A stretch of 64,000 nucleotides of DNA from a bacterium (GTDB taxonomy: Bacteria; Bacillota_I; Bacilli_A; RF39; UBA660): the NCBI GenBank assembly GCA_022779465.1, contig JALFTB010000036.1, forward strand, positions 447-64,446, read 5' to 3'. This document shows, in pieces, positions 45,244 through 53,866 of this stretch. Position 1 is the stretch's first letter. The number at the start of each line of letters is the position of its first letter. The notes under the pieces were generated by a model. The model was given only the letters and a program-made list of their open reading frames with translations, ran no database searches and was not told where the DNA came from. The translations under genes and the position numbers were made by a program.

Positions 45244-46599
45244 TTTTGCGATGATTTTAACTCTAATTGTCGTTGTTTTTGCAACTAGTGAAACTCTTAC
45301 ATCATCGGTTTTTACTTTAACTGGAACATTATAGGTTCCGGCTGTGTATCCACTTAAATCTATTTCAGCTTTAATGTTCTTATCACTTAGATTGTTAAGA
45401 ACGCTAGTAACACCTTTGGCAATTACGGTTATGGTTCGATCTGATTCCGATAAGGCAGAAGCGATATAACCATTACCTAAATTTAGATAAGCAATTTGAA
45501 TGCCATTAAATTCTTTACTTGTTTCGGTTTCTAATTTTACATCAATATTAGTACTATTTTCGGTCATATAACGAACTCCTGATGGTTTAGTTAAAGTTAC
45601 ACTATATGTCTTATTCGAACTTAAGCCATCAACGTTTATTTTTGCTTCAATGTAACTTAATGCTTTGATAGCTTCTTCATCGCCATATACACCAACTTTA
45701 GTTACTGAACTTACAGCACTACTCATGGCATATCCTGATGTTAATGTACCTTCTGAAACCACTTTGACAGGTAATTCAGCATAATATGAGTCAACTTTAA
45801 CTGAGGCGCTTATCTTTGATGGAACTATTTCAACATTATTAATAATTGAACCATCATTTGCATAAGCAACTAAGATAATTGAATCTACAGTAAATGTTCC
45901 TTTTTCAGTTAAATTTGCTGCTTTTAAGTCAATTAATGCTTTAACTTTAGCAATTCTATTTAGAGTTTCTTCTGAACCTTTAACAATTATTTCACTACGA
46001 TCTAATGTTACATCTTTAATACTTAATTTTTTATCTAATTGATCTTCATTTAATAAATCATAAGTAATTGTTTTAACTTGACTTATTTTTTCACTTATTT
46101 TTACTGTGACTGTACTTGGATCTAATTTATAATTTATTGAATCAATGCTATGATTATAATTCAATTTTACTTTATATGTTCCTGTACTATAATCACTTAA
46201 ATCTAATACTACTTCATGTTCTCCAATTTGTTTTGCTAAGTATAAGTCACTCTTACGACCAATTAAGGTAATATCTACAGTGGATGGAACTCCTTCTACA
46301 ACATAAGCTTCTTCATTATAAATAACATTTACAACTTGGTCGGTTAATACTTCTGCTTCGTTACTTACAAGTGAAATCGTTTTACTATCAATTAAGATAA
46401 ATAAGGCGATAGCACAAAGTAATGATACATATATTAAAACATTAGGTCTATTTAATATTTTTTCGAATTTACCGCTATTGTTTCTACTTAATTCATTTAA
46501 ACGATAAACTAATCTACTTATTGGTACAACGATAAACTTATCGATTATTTTATAAATGAATTTAAATAATGCGATTATTGGACTAAAAATCTTACTCAT
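45238..46599 (-). CDS. cdaR: CdaA regulatory protein CdaR (YbbR-domain repeats)
   Basis: N-terminal TM plus repeated YbbR-like beta domains. ATG 46599 overlaps the cdaA end. Confidence 0.85.
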   Translation of the reverse strand: MSKIFSPIIALFKFIYKIIDKFIVVPISRLVYRLNELSRNNSGKFEKILNRPNVLIYVSLLCAIALFILIDSKTISLVSNEAEVLTDQVVNVIYNEEAYVVEGVPSTVDITLIGRKSDLYLAKQIGEHEVVLDLSDYSTGTYKVKLNYNHSIDSINYKLDPSTVTVKISEKISQVKTITYDLLNEDQLDKKLSIKDVTLDRSEIIVKGSEETLNRIAKVKALIDLKAANLTEKGTFTVDSIILVAYANDGSIINNVEIVPSKISASVKVDSYYAELPVKVVSEGTLTSGYAMSSAVSSVTKVGVYGDEEAIKALSYIEAKINVDGLSSNKTYSVTLTKPSGVRYMTENSTNIDVKLETETSKEFNGIQIAYLNLGNGYIASALSESDRTITVIAKGVTSVLNNLSDKNIKAEIDLSGYTAGTYNVPVKVKTDDVRVSLVAKTTTIRVKIIAKG

Positions 46600-47410
46600 C
46601 TTGATCACCTTCTTCACTTTCGTCGGCATCATAGAATACTTCCATTTTAGGTTTTAATTCATCTAGAAGCATTAATTTGAATTCTTCTAAGGTCAAGTTA
46701 TAATTTAATGAATTATCAACAGCTATACTGATTCGACCAGTTTCTTCTGATACTACTAAAGCAATAGCATCTGTTTCTTCAGCTATACCTAAGGCGGCAC
46801 GATGTCTTGTTCCTAATTTTTTACTTACATTTGGATTCATACTTGTTTTAAAGATGGCTCCAGCACATGTAAGTTTATCTCCTTGAATAATTACTCCACC
46901 ATCATGTAATGGATTTTCTGGATAGAAAATTGCTTCTAATAATGGAGCAGTAATATCTGAATAAATTTTATTAGCTGGTTCAATATATTCTTGTAATGAA
47001 ACATTTCTTTCAATTACGATTAATGCTCCAATACGGTTTCTCTTTAAATATTCAACAGCATTTGTAATTTCAAATACTACTCTTTCTCTTTGGTCTACTG
47101 TTAAGACTTTATGTCTTCCTAGTAGTTGACTACGACCAATACTTTCTAAAATATTTCTGATTTCTGGTTGAAATATAATTATTAAAGCAAGTGGTCCCCA
47201 AGAGATTACGTATTCTAGTAATACTCCAATGGTATATAGATTTAAAAGGTTGCTAAATATTTTAATTAAAATAATGATAGCTACTCCTTTAAATATTAAA
47301 ACTAATTTTACATTATTTTTTAAATTCTTTAATAGATAATAAAACATAAACCAAACGATACTTATATCGATTATCTTAGTTATTATGTCCCACACAGTTG
47401 ATACTGTCAT
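46592..47410 (-). CDS. cdaA: Diadenylate cyclase CdaA
   Basis: 3 TM helices plus a DAC domain (HDGGVIIQGDKLTCAGAIF, GTRHRAALGIAEETDAIALVVSEETG). ATG 47410 behind SD AAGGAG. Confidence 0.93.
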   Translation of the reverse strand: MTVSTVWDIITKIIDISIVWFMFYYLLKNLKNNVKLVLIFKGVAIIILIKIFSNLLNLYTIGVLLEYVISWGPLALIIIFQPEIRNILESIGRSQLLGRHKVLTVDQRERVVFEITNAVEYLKRNRIGALIVIERNVSLQEYIEPANKIYSDITAPLLEAIFYPENPLHDGGVIIQGDKLTCAGAIFKTSMNPNVSKKLGTRHRAALGIAEETDAIALVVSEETGRISIAVDNSLNYNLTLEEFKLMLLDELKPKMEVFYDADESEEGDQDE

Positions 47411-47487
47411 TCTTATCACTCCTTTGTAGTATAGTTATTATATCAAATTATTTAATAAAATTCTATATAATTGAAAAAGATAGTCGA

Positions 47488-47757
47488 CTATTTACTATCT
47501 TTTGGCTTGTCATCTACTTCTGGTATTTCAATAACTGTTTCTTTATTTTCAGGTTTAATTTCTTTGCTTTCTAGTTCTGGAACTACGATAGGTTCTGGTT
47601 TAGTTTCTTTGTTTTCTTCTTCTGTTTCAGTTAAAATTTTAGCTTCTTTTGATTTTGAGTTTTTTGATTGATCTACTAAAAAACCGATCAATGCAAATAA
47701 TAAAAATGCTGCTACAATTATAATAATTGTATAATTATTAACTATAAAATCTTTCAT
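47488..47757 (-). CDS. Small single-pass membrane protein with K/E/P-rich tail (89 aa)
   Basis: TM segment IIIIVAAFLLFALIGFLV; has its own terminator hairpin at 47472-47502. Confidence 0.55.
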   Translation of the reverse strand: MKDFIVNNYTIIIIVAAFLLFALIGFLVDQSKNSKSKEAKILTETEEENKETKPEPIVVPELESKEIKPENKETVIEIPEVDDKPKDSK

Positions 47758-47785
47758 TTATCCTCCTTATTCTTATTATATATAA

Positions 47786-48832
47786 CTAATTAATAGTTAA
47801 TTCCTGATTTGTAGGTTGAATTTGAATGAAGGTATTTCCATCATTAAATTTAATTTCTTCACCATTAGTATATTTATATATAGTTTGACTCTTTCTTGAA
47901 GGTTTAGTCCAAGTGATTGGAACAGCATATCCATCAGTTATATAGTAGCCAGTTCCACTACCTATATTATCGATAGTTTGACGCCCTTTTCCGCCACCTT
48001 CAATAGTTGTATTTTTTACTTGATATGTAATAATATTTTTTACAGTATATTGATTTTTAGTAACATAATCAACATGTTCTTTACCATTTACAGTTCTTTT
48101 ATACACTTTATTTTCAGCATCATATGTGTAACCGGTTTTATTAACGTTTGAGTATTTAATTAAAACTTCATTTGCTGGTTTAGCGTTTTCCATTTTACTT
48201 AAATCAACTTCATCAACTGTATAATTTAATAGTAAATCATTGTTTCTTTTTGTACGTTTTTTACCAACATTATTATTTAGTTTTTCAATACTTGTGAATA
48301 ATGTGTGTTCATAAGCATAACCTTGACTTCTTAATTCTTTATCTCTCCAACTATTAGATGATGTGCCAGCTTCAATACGATCTACTCCCAATTTAGAAAA
48401 ATCAGCACGAGCTTGAGGACTATATCCACAGTGAACATAAATTGCATCATTTTCTAAGGCATAATCTAAGAAATAATGTCTAGAACTTCTAATTGAACCG
48501 ATACGAGCAGTATTTTGATCTAAAAATAATGCCATATATCTAGTAATGCCACCTTCAACAATGATTTCATAAACGATGTAAGCATCTTGTAATCCACTTT
48601 GAACTGGTCTTGCAGCTGGGGCATTATTAATCATAACAGCAAAGGGTCTTGATTCAGTTTTTTCATTAACAATTTTTACTACTTTAGTAGTTGTTGTCGT
48701 AGTAGATTTCTTAATTATTGATGGTTTATCATCTTCTGGTGATAAAATGTAATATAGACCACCACCAAGTAATGTTAATACTACTAGTACTATAATTAAA
48801 AATAATATGTTTTTTGCTTTCTTACTTTTCAT
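47786..48832 (-). CDS. DUF3048-domain (YerB-like) membrane-anchored protein
   Basis: FAVMINNAPAARPVQSGLQDAYIVYEIIVEGGITRYMALF, typical of DUF3048. Confidence 0.8.
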   Translation of the reverse strand: MKSKKAKNILFLIIVLVVLTLLGGGLYYILSPEDDKPSIIKKSTTTTTTKVVKIVNEKTESRPFAVMINNAPAARPVQSGLQDAYIVYEIIVEGGITRYMALFLDQNTARIGSIRSSRHYFLDYALENDAIYVHCGYSPQARADFSKLGVDRIEAGTSSNSWRDKELRSQGYAYEHTLFTSIEKLNNNVGKKRTKRNNDLLLNYTVDEVDLSKMENAKPANEVLIKYSNVNKTGYTYDAENKVYKRTVNGKEHVDYVTKNQYTVKNIITYQVKNTTIEGGGKGRQTIDNIGSGTGYYITDGYAVPITWTKPSRKSQTIYKYTNGEEIKFNDGNTFIQIQPTNQELTIN

Positions 48833-48950
48833 AAATAACTCCTATTCTCTTAATTAATCATAGCACATAACGTTGATATTTTAAATAATTAATTTAAATA
48901 ATTGTAATAAATAATAGTTTTTGATATACTTTTTGTAGGTGATGAATGAC

Positions 48951-50090
48951 ATGAGTAAAGTCAAAGAATTTTGGGAAAAATTAATGAGTAATCCCATAGC
49001 AAAAAAGATGGTTTTATTTACTGGGGGGTTCTTAGTTATTATTATATTTGTAATGCTTATAGCTAGTTGCACAGGTAAAAATAGAACTTACACTTATACT
49101 GAATTAGAAGATAAGATGGTTGATATCGCTAAAAGATATTATACTGAAAAATCTTATTTACCTAAAGAAGATGGTGATGTAACTGAAATTGAACTAAGCA
49201 CTATGGTTGCTAAAGAACAATTAGGTATTATCACTGAAATTACTAAAACGGGTAAGAACTGTGATGGTAAAGTTACAATAGTAAATAATAGTGGTAAATA
49301 TTTATATATGCCTTATCTAGATTGTGATGATGATTATTCAACAAAAACATTATTTAATGTATTAACAAGTGATGACAATATTGTTACTGAAGGTAATGGT
49401 TTATATGAAACTGGGGCTGAATATATTTTTAAAGGTGACAATATTAATAACTATGTTAAAATTGGTGATTTTACTTTTAGAATTATGAAAATTAATGAAG
49501 ATGACAATATAAAAATGATAGATGTTAAAAGAAAATCTTCAAGTGTTTGGGATGATAGATACAATATAGAGCAAGATCGTGATGTAGGTATTAATGATTT
49601 TTTCAAAAATGGAATTGAAAGTAAAATTAGTGAATATTTAAATGATCTTTTTAAAACCAATGAATACTATAATGATAATGTTAAGGTTTATTTTAAAACT
49701 AATGATTTATGTGTAGGAAAAAGAACTTATCAAGAGAAAAATAATACTGGTACTGTAGAATGTTCAGCAGTTTATGAAAATGCTAAGTTAGGCTTACCTT
49801 ATCTTAGTGAATTTTTTCAAGCTAGTTTAGATAAGAATTGTTTAGATATTGAAAGTCCTTCATGTGCAAACTATAATTATTTTACAGAATTTGGAACTTT
49901 ATGGACATTGACTGCAGTTGAGGGTAACAGTTTCGAAGCATACAGAATTTCAGGTAGTTATGTTGAAGCGGCTAAAGCGTCTTCTTCTGCTGGTATCTAT
50001 CCTGTTATTATTGTTGATGGGGGATTAGTTGTTGAAGATGGCGATGGTTCTGATGATAAACCATATATAATTAAAAGTTATGAAAAATAA
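48951..50090 (+). CDS. Hypothetical lipoprotein/membrane-anchored extracellular protein
   Basis: Hydrophobic segment ending in lipobox-like IASC. Contains a Cys-containing module shared with the 50115-51320 protein. Start is ambiguous (48939, 48951 or 48984). Confidence 0.6.
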   Translation: MSKVKEFWEKLMSNPIAKKMVLFTGGFLVIIIFVMLIASCTGKNRTYTYTELEDKMVDIAKRYYTEKSYLPKEDGDVTEIELSTMVAKEQLGIITEITKTGKNCDGKVTIVNNSGKYLYMPYLDCDDDYSTKTLFNVLTSDDNIVTEGNGLYETGAEYIFKGDNINNYVKIGDFTFRIMKINEDDNIKMIDVKRKSSSVWDDRYNIEQDRDVGINDFFKNGIESKISEYLNDLFKTNEYYNDNVKVYFKTNDLCVGKRTYQEKNNTGTVECSAVYENAKLGLPYLSEFFQASLDKNCLDIESPSCANYNYFTEFGTLWTLTAVEGNSFEAYRISGSYVEAAKASSSAGIYPVIIVDGGLVVEDGDGSDDKPYIIKSYEK

Positions 50091-50117
50091 AAACTTCTTA
50101 ATAAAGAAGTTTTTTTA
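50088..50117. terminator. Bidirectional terminator of the convergent surface-protein genes
   Basis: AACTTCTT-AATA-AAGAAGTT flanked by A/T runs. Confidence 0.6.
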
Positions 50118-51320
50118 TTTGGTATATTTCCAAGTTATTTTATAAATAATACCATAAGCACATTTATTATCGATTAATTCAGAACATTTATTAGTTATAT
50201 TAGCCGTCCAATTAATATTTATAACATCTTTATTTAATTGATAATTTATTGAAACGTTATTTACAGATCCAATATTACTTAAATTAAGTGTATTTACATA
50301 TTTATCAATTGATGGTGTTGCATTACTTTTATATCTTTCTAAATCTGTTGGAGTAGTTATATTTCTAACATATTGAATACTTTTAACAGTTAAATTCTTT
50401 TTTGATAATAATTCACTTGGAATTGTTAATTTATTATTAATATTTAGTCCAGTTGAATCAACGCTAGTATAATTAACACTATAAACGTTGCTAATGTATG
50501 ATTGAGTAATTGCTGATGTATTAGATATACCTTTAACATACCATTTAGCAATTAGGATTGTGTTGCAATATACTGGTTTACTAAAATCGTATAATTCATT
50601 ATCTGATGTATACCATCCTGCGAAAGTAAATCCATATTTGGTTGGATCTGCAGGTTTTGTAGCTCTCTTACCTTCAACTACTGTTTGCATATTTACTTTA
50701 CTTCCACCGTTTACATTAAATATAACTGCATATTTTTTAATTCTTGTAGTTGTTGTAGTTGTTGTTGAAGGTTTTGTTATTTTTTTAGTTGTTGTAAATT
50801 GATTATTATTTTTTGTTGTTGGTTGTGTTGTCTTTTTAGTTGTTGTTGTTTTAGTAGTAGTTGTTGTAGTTGTTGTTTTCCTAGTTTGTGATGTTGTATT
50901 GCCACATTCATCATAGCATCCTAAATATACGTATGATGTGTCTTTTTCTTCACCACATTCTAAATATACTTCTAATTCATAACCTATTGATTTTTTGATT
51001 GCTTTAATATAACTATCTTCTTCATTACATTTTTTGCCATCATTTCCTTTTAAAGTGTTTATTTTTTTATTTTTAATTAATTCTTCTAAAGATGTTTTTA
51101 CTGAATCGTCGATATTTTTAGGTAACGTTTCTTTTGTATAATATGTGTTACCTACTTCTTTTAATTTTGACATATTTGAAGTAAATGTTTTACTTAATTT
51201 GCCTTTATTATCTGATGCAAATGGTAATAATTTTATTATTAAGACAAACACCGCTAGAATTATTAAAAATTTAATAATAAAGCCTTTCCAATTAAATTTT
51301 TCTTTGGTTTCTTCATACAT
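50115..51320 (-). CDS. Membrane-anchored surface protein with poly-Thr stalk and Listeria-Bacteroides (Flg_new) repeat
   Basis: N-terminal TM, then the shared Cys module, then a T-rich linker. YAVIFNVNGG...GFTFAGWYT...ILIAKW is the Flg_new-type repeat. Confidence 0.7.
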   Translation of the reverse strand: MYEETKEKFNWKGFIIKFLIILAVFVLIIKLLPFASDNKGKLSKTFTSNMSKLKEVGNTYYTKETLPKNIDDSVKTSLEELIKNKKINTLKGNDGKKCNEEDSYIKAIKKSIGYELEVYLECGEEKDTSYVYLGCYDECGNTTSQTRKTTTTTTTTKTTTTKKTTQPTTKNNNQFTTTKKITKPSTTTTTTTRIKKYAVIFNVNGGSKVNMQTVVEGKRATKPADPTKYGFTFAGWYTSDNELYDFSKPVYCNTILIAKWYVKGISNTSAITQSYISNVYSVNYTSVDSTGLNINNKLTIPSELLSKKNLTVKSIQYVRNITTPTDLERYKSNATPSIDKYVNTLNLSNIGSVNNVSINYQLNKDVININWTANITNKCSELIDNKCAYGIIYKITWKYTK

Positions 51321-51348
51321 ATAAATCTCCCCTTGTCTAATGTGTTTT

Positions 51349-51377
51349 ATAATAACATTTTATGGTTTTATTGTCAA
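51349..51377 (-). promoter_or_regulatory. SigA-type promoter of the poly-Thr protein gene
   Basis: TTGACA (51377-51372), 17 nt, TGTTATTAT (-10 at 51354-51349). Confidence 0.5.
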
Positions 51378-51400
51378 TTAAAAAAGCCTTTAAAGGCTTT
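51378..51400 (-). terminator. Terminator after sipW (copy 1 of a repeated terminator module)
   Basis: Minus strand reads AAAGCCTTTAAAGGCTTTTTTAATTG. Confidence 0.6.
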
Positions 51401-52263
51401 TACTTATTTGGATTCTCATCAGGGCTTAATAATTGATTATTTGTATAATGCTGGGTTAATTCTTTGATGGTATCTTCATCAAATTTTATTTCTGAGTCTG
51501 TTGGCTCAAGATATACATTTGATTCTTCTGAATTTTGAGTATTATTCTCTTTTAACTCATTGATTTTATTGATGTAATCATTTTTCTTGATTTTTTCGAT
51601 GGCATTATTAACATTATCTGTTGGTGTTTGAGGATTACTAGGGACTATTTTGTCACTACTCTTTTTTGCCATTATTAATTTAAATAATTTTAAAATATCA
51701 TATATAATTACGCACATTGCTGGTAGTAATACAACTAAGAACCAGCCCATTTTTGAAGCTAAGAAAAATTGTACTTGTCCAAGTTGTGGGAATCTCATGG
51801 CAACTTTACCAATTACGTTAGAAAATTTAGCTGTATCTGAATCTGATGTTGGGTTCCAGTCTCCTTTGGTAGTATATTCATATTCACCATTTTCATTTTG
51901 GGTTATACCTATAACACGGTGAGTAACTATTAAGTCTTCACTGATACTACTTGTTGATCTGAAAGTAATAACGTCTCCGATTTTAATGTCTTCTGGTTTA
52001 TCTACTTTAATATCTAATACAACATCCATAGTTTTTATTGCTGGTTCCATACTACCACTTACGATGGTATATAAACTCATTTTTGGAATGTAATCTGGGT
52101 CATTAGCATATTTTTTAGCTGAAAATAAATAATATATTAGGAATGCTCCAACTACAAGTAATAATACTAATACTGCACTTGAAAATAATTTACTGACATA
52201 AGTTAATGCTTTTCTTATTTTATTAAATGTATTTTTTTTGTTATCTTTTTCCATTTTATACAC
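51400..52263 (-). CDS. sipW: Signal peptidase I, SipW (archaeal/ER S26B) type, with C-terminal TM and tail
   Basis: SGSMEP catalytic Ser motif and VTHRV His motif. Adjacent to TasA-like substrate genes. Confidence 0.8.
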   Translation of the reverse strand: MYKMEKDNKKNTFNKIRKALTYVSKLFSSAVLVLLLVVGAFLIYYLFSAKKYANDPDYIPKMSLYTIVSGSMEPAIKTMDVVLDIKVDKPEDIKIGDVITFRSTSSISEDLIVTHRVIGITQNENGEYEYTTKGDWNPTSDSDTAKFSNVIGKVAMRFPQLGQVQFFLASKMGWFLVVLLPAMCVIIYDILKLFKLIMAKKSSDKIVPSNPQTPTDNVNNAIEKIKKNDYINKINELKENNTQNSEESNVYLEPTDSEIKFDEDTIKELTQHYTNNQLLSPDENPNK

Positions 52264-52310
52264 CCTTCTACCCTATATTACAATTATAAGTGATAGCAAA
52301 AAAAAATACA

Positions 52311-52333
52311 ATAAAAAAAGCCTTAAAGGCTTA
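52311..52333 (-). terminator. Terminator after TasA-like gene B (copy 2 of the repeated module)
   Basis: Minus strand reads TTAAGCCTTTAAGGCTTTTTTTATTG. Confidence 0.6.
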
Positions 52334-52346
52334 ATTTATATTTATA

Positions 52347-53009
52347 TTATGATTCTGTAGCTTGTTTTGCAGTAATATCAATATAAGCAGCAAATTTTGC
52401 TTGTTTATCGTAATCTTGTTTCTTACCATTATCTAAGAAGAATACAGATAATTTATATTGATGAGTTGCACTTTCAGTTTTGGTGAAGTTTCCTTCAGCT
52501 AATTTAATTGTTTGATTTGTTACAGCAGCACCTTTAGTAGCTGATGTATAATCAGTTTCTGTTTGACCTGTGAATGTTACTTGAGGTCCAGGAATTGATC
52601 CTCTACCAGAATTTTGTAATGTAATTGTACCATTATTAACTGTATCATTTGTTAACACATAAGTTAATGCGTTATTTGAGAATTCGTTGTTTACAACAAC
52701 CATATTAACTACATAAGGCATTTTTAAATCTGTTGTGTTAGCTCCAGTTAAAACAAATGCTTTTTGAATTACAGCAGCTTCTTGAGGTTCAACGCTTCCA
52801 TTTGTTGGGTTATAGTTTAATGATGAACTATTATCTGCATAACTAATAGTTAATCTACCACCAGTCATTTTGATAGTTGAAACAGTTTCACTACCAGAAG
52901 TATTAGCGGTGAAGTATGCAAATGTAGCACCAATAACAGCGACCATTAATGTAGCAATAGCAATTACAGTTAGTAATAATGTATTTGTCTTATTATTGTT
53001 ATCTTTCAT
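52347..53009 (-). CDS. TasA/camelysin-like secreted protein B with SipW-type signal peptide
   Basis: N-terminus ..LLLTVIAIATLMVAVIGATFAYFTANTSGSE; C-terminus ..DYDKQAKFAAYIDITAKQ, typical of the family. Confidence 0.7.
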   Translation of the reverse strand: MKDNNNKTNTLLLTVIAIATLMVAVIGATFAYFTANTSGSETVSTIKMTGGRLTISYADNSSSLNYNPTNGSVEPQEAAVIQKAFVLTGANTTDLKMPYVVNMVVVNNEFSNNALTYVLTNDTVNNGTITLQNSGRGSIPGPQVTFTGQTETDYTSATKGAAVTNQTIKLAEGNFTKTESATHQYKLSVFFLDNGKKQDYDKQAKFAAYIDITAKQATES

Positions 53010-53027
53010 TTTTCTTCCTCCTATCTA

Positions 53028-53678
53028 TTATCCGTTAACTTGTTCAGTCATAACGTATGCAGTAAATTCTGCACCTTGAATTTGATTTCTAGTAGTGTCA
53101 TTTACGAAATAAATTCTTAAAGTATAATAATGTTTAACTCCATTTGCAGGTAAATTAATACTACCAGAAGCGATTGCAGCTAAATCACCTGTACCAGCTG
53201 GAATACCTGTTTTTGTGGCTGTTTGTTTAGTAACAGTTCCTTGACTAGATACGTTTCTATTCCATGTACCGGTACATGAAGCTTGATCAACAGCTTCAGG
53301 TTTACCTTCACAATAACCTTCAGTAATTGTGTATTGAATATCATATGAATTTCCAACTACTTGGTATCCATTAGTGTAATGTAAACCAACGTTGTAATTA
53401 TATGTACCAGATGTTGCAGTAGTATTATCATATGATACAGCAATCTTTTTATTAACCCAAGCTTCATCTCTAGGATAGATATCTTTAACAACGATAGCTT
53501 GACCACCATCTAAAGTTGATGAACCACCATTAGATGCTTGAATTGTCATTGTTGATTGATTTTCAGTTCCTGATAATTGTGCACTAAAATATGCAAATGT
53601 TGCACCTACAACAGCTACTAGTAATGTTGCAATTCCAATTACTGTTAAAAGAACAGTATTATTTTTTCCTTCCTTCAT
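53028..53678 (-). CDS. TasA/camelysin-like secreted protein A with SipW-type signal peptide
   Basis: N-terminus ..VLLTVIGIATLLVAVVGATFAYFSAQLSGTE; C-terminus ..NQIQGAEFTAYVMTEQ. SD AAGGAGG. Confidence 0.7.
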   Translation of the reverse strand: MKEGKNNTVLLTVIGIATLLVAVVGATFAYFSAQLSGTENQSTMTIQASNGGSSTLDGGQAIVVKDIYPRDEAWVNKKIAVSYDNTTATSGTYNYNVGLHYTNGYQVVGNSYDIQYTITEGYCEGKPEAVDQASCTGTWNRNVSSQGTVTKQTATKTGIPAGTGDLAAIASGSINLPANGVKHYYTLRIYFVNDTTRNQIQGAEFTAYVMTEQVNG

Positions 53679-53704
53679 TTAATATCCTCCTTTACTTTAT
53701 ATAA

Positions 53705-53733
53705 ATCATATCATTTACAATTTTATAAATCAA
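53705..53733 (-). promoter_or_regulatory. Candidate promoter of the TasA-like genes
   Basis: TTGATT (53733-53728), 17 nt, TATGAT (53710-53705). Confidence 0.4.
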
Positions 53734-53765
53734 TATGTTTTTAAATATTTTAAATAAATTTTGAC

Positions 53766-53836
53766 ATAAAAAAAGGAAGAAGATGTATAGTGTGAGTTTG
53801 AGTTTATATGATTTACTTATTTTTTCTTCTTCCTTG
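53766..53836 (-). terminator. Terminator after the histidine kinase gene (11-bp stem, large loop)
   Basis: AAGGAAGAAGA (53773-53783) pairs with TCTTCTTCCTT (53825-53835), followed by T7 on the minus strand. The 41-nt loop contains GAGTTTGAGTTT. Confidence 0.5.
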
Positions 53837-53866
53837 TTTATATGGTAACTTTTTAATATGAAATTA

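Noticed and set aside
50742-50882. The GTT-rich tandem tract as a non-coding microsatellite or CRISPR-like repeat.
   Set aside because: It lies fully inside a long ORF and encodes a poly-Thr/Lys linker. It has no spacer-repeat organisation.
52347-53678. TasA-like proteins as type IV pilins processed by the nearby prepilin peptidase.
   Set aside because: They lack the G|F(T/S)L(I/V)E motif and Glu+5. Their N-termini end in the ..G(A/F)(T/S)(F/Y)AYF.. SipW-class motif, and a SipW-type peptidase is encoded next to them.
53761-53766. Plus-strand TTGACA boxes at 53761-53766 and 63449-63454 as promoters.
   Set aside because: Neither has a suitably spaced -10 or a downstream plus-strand gene. Both are the reverse complement of sequence immediately following minus-strand terminators (TTTTTTTATGTCAA).
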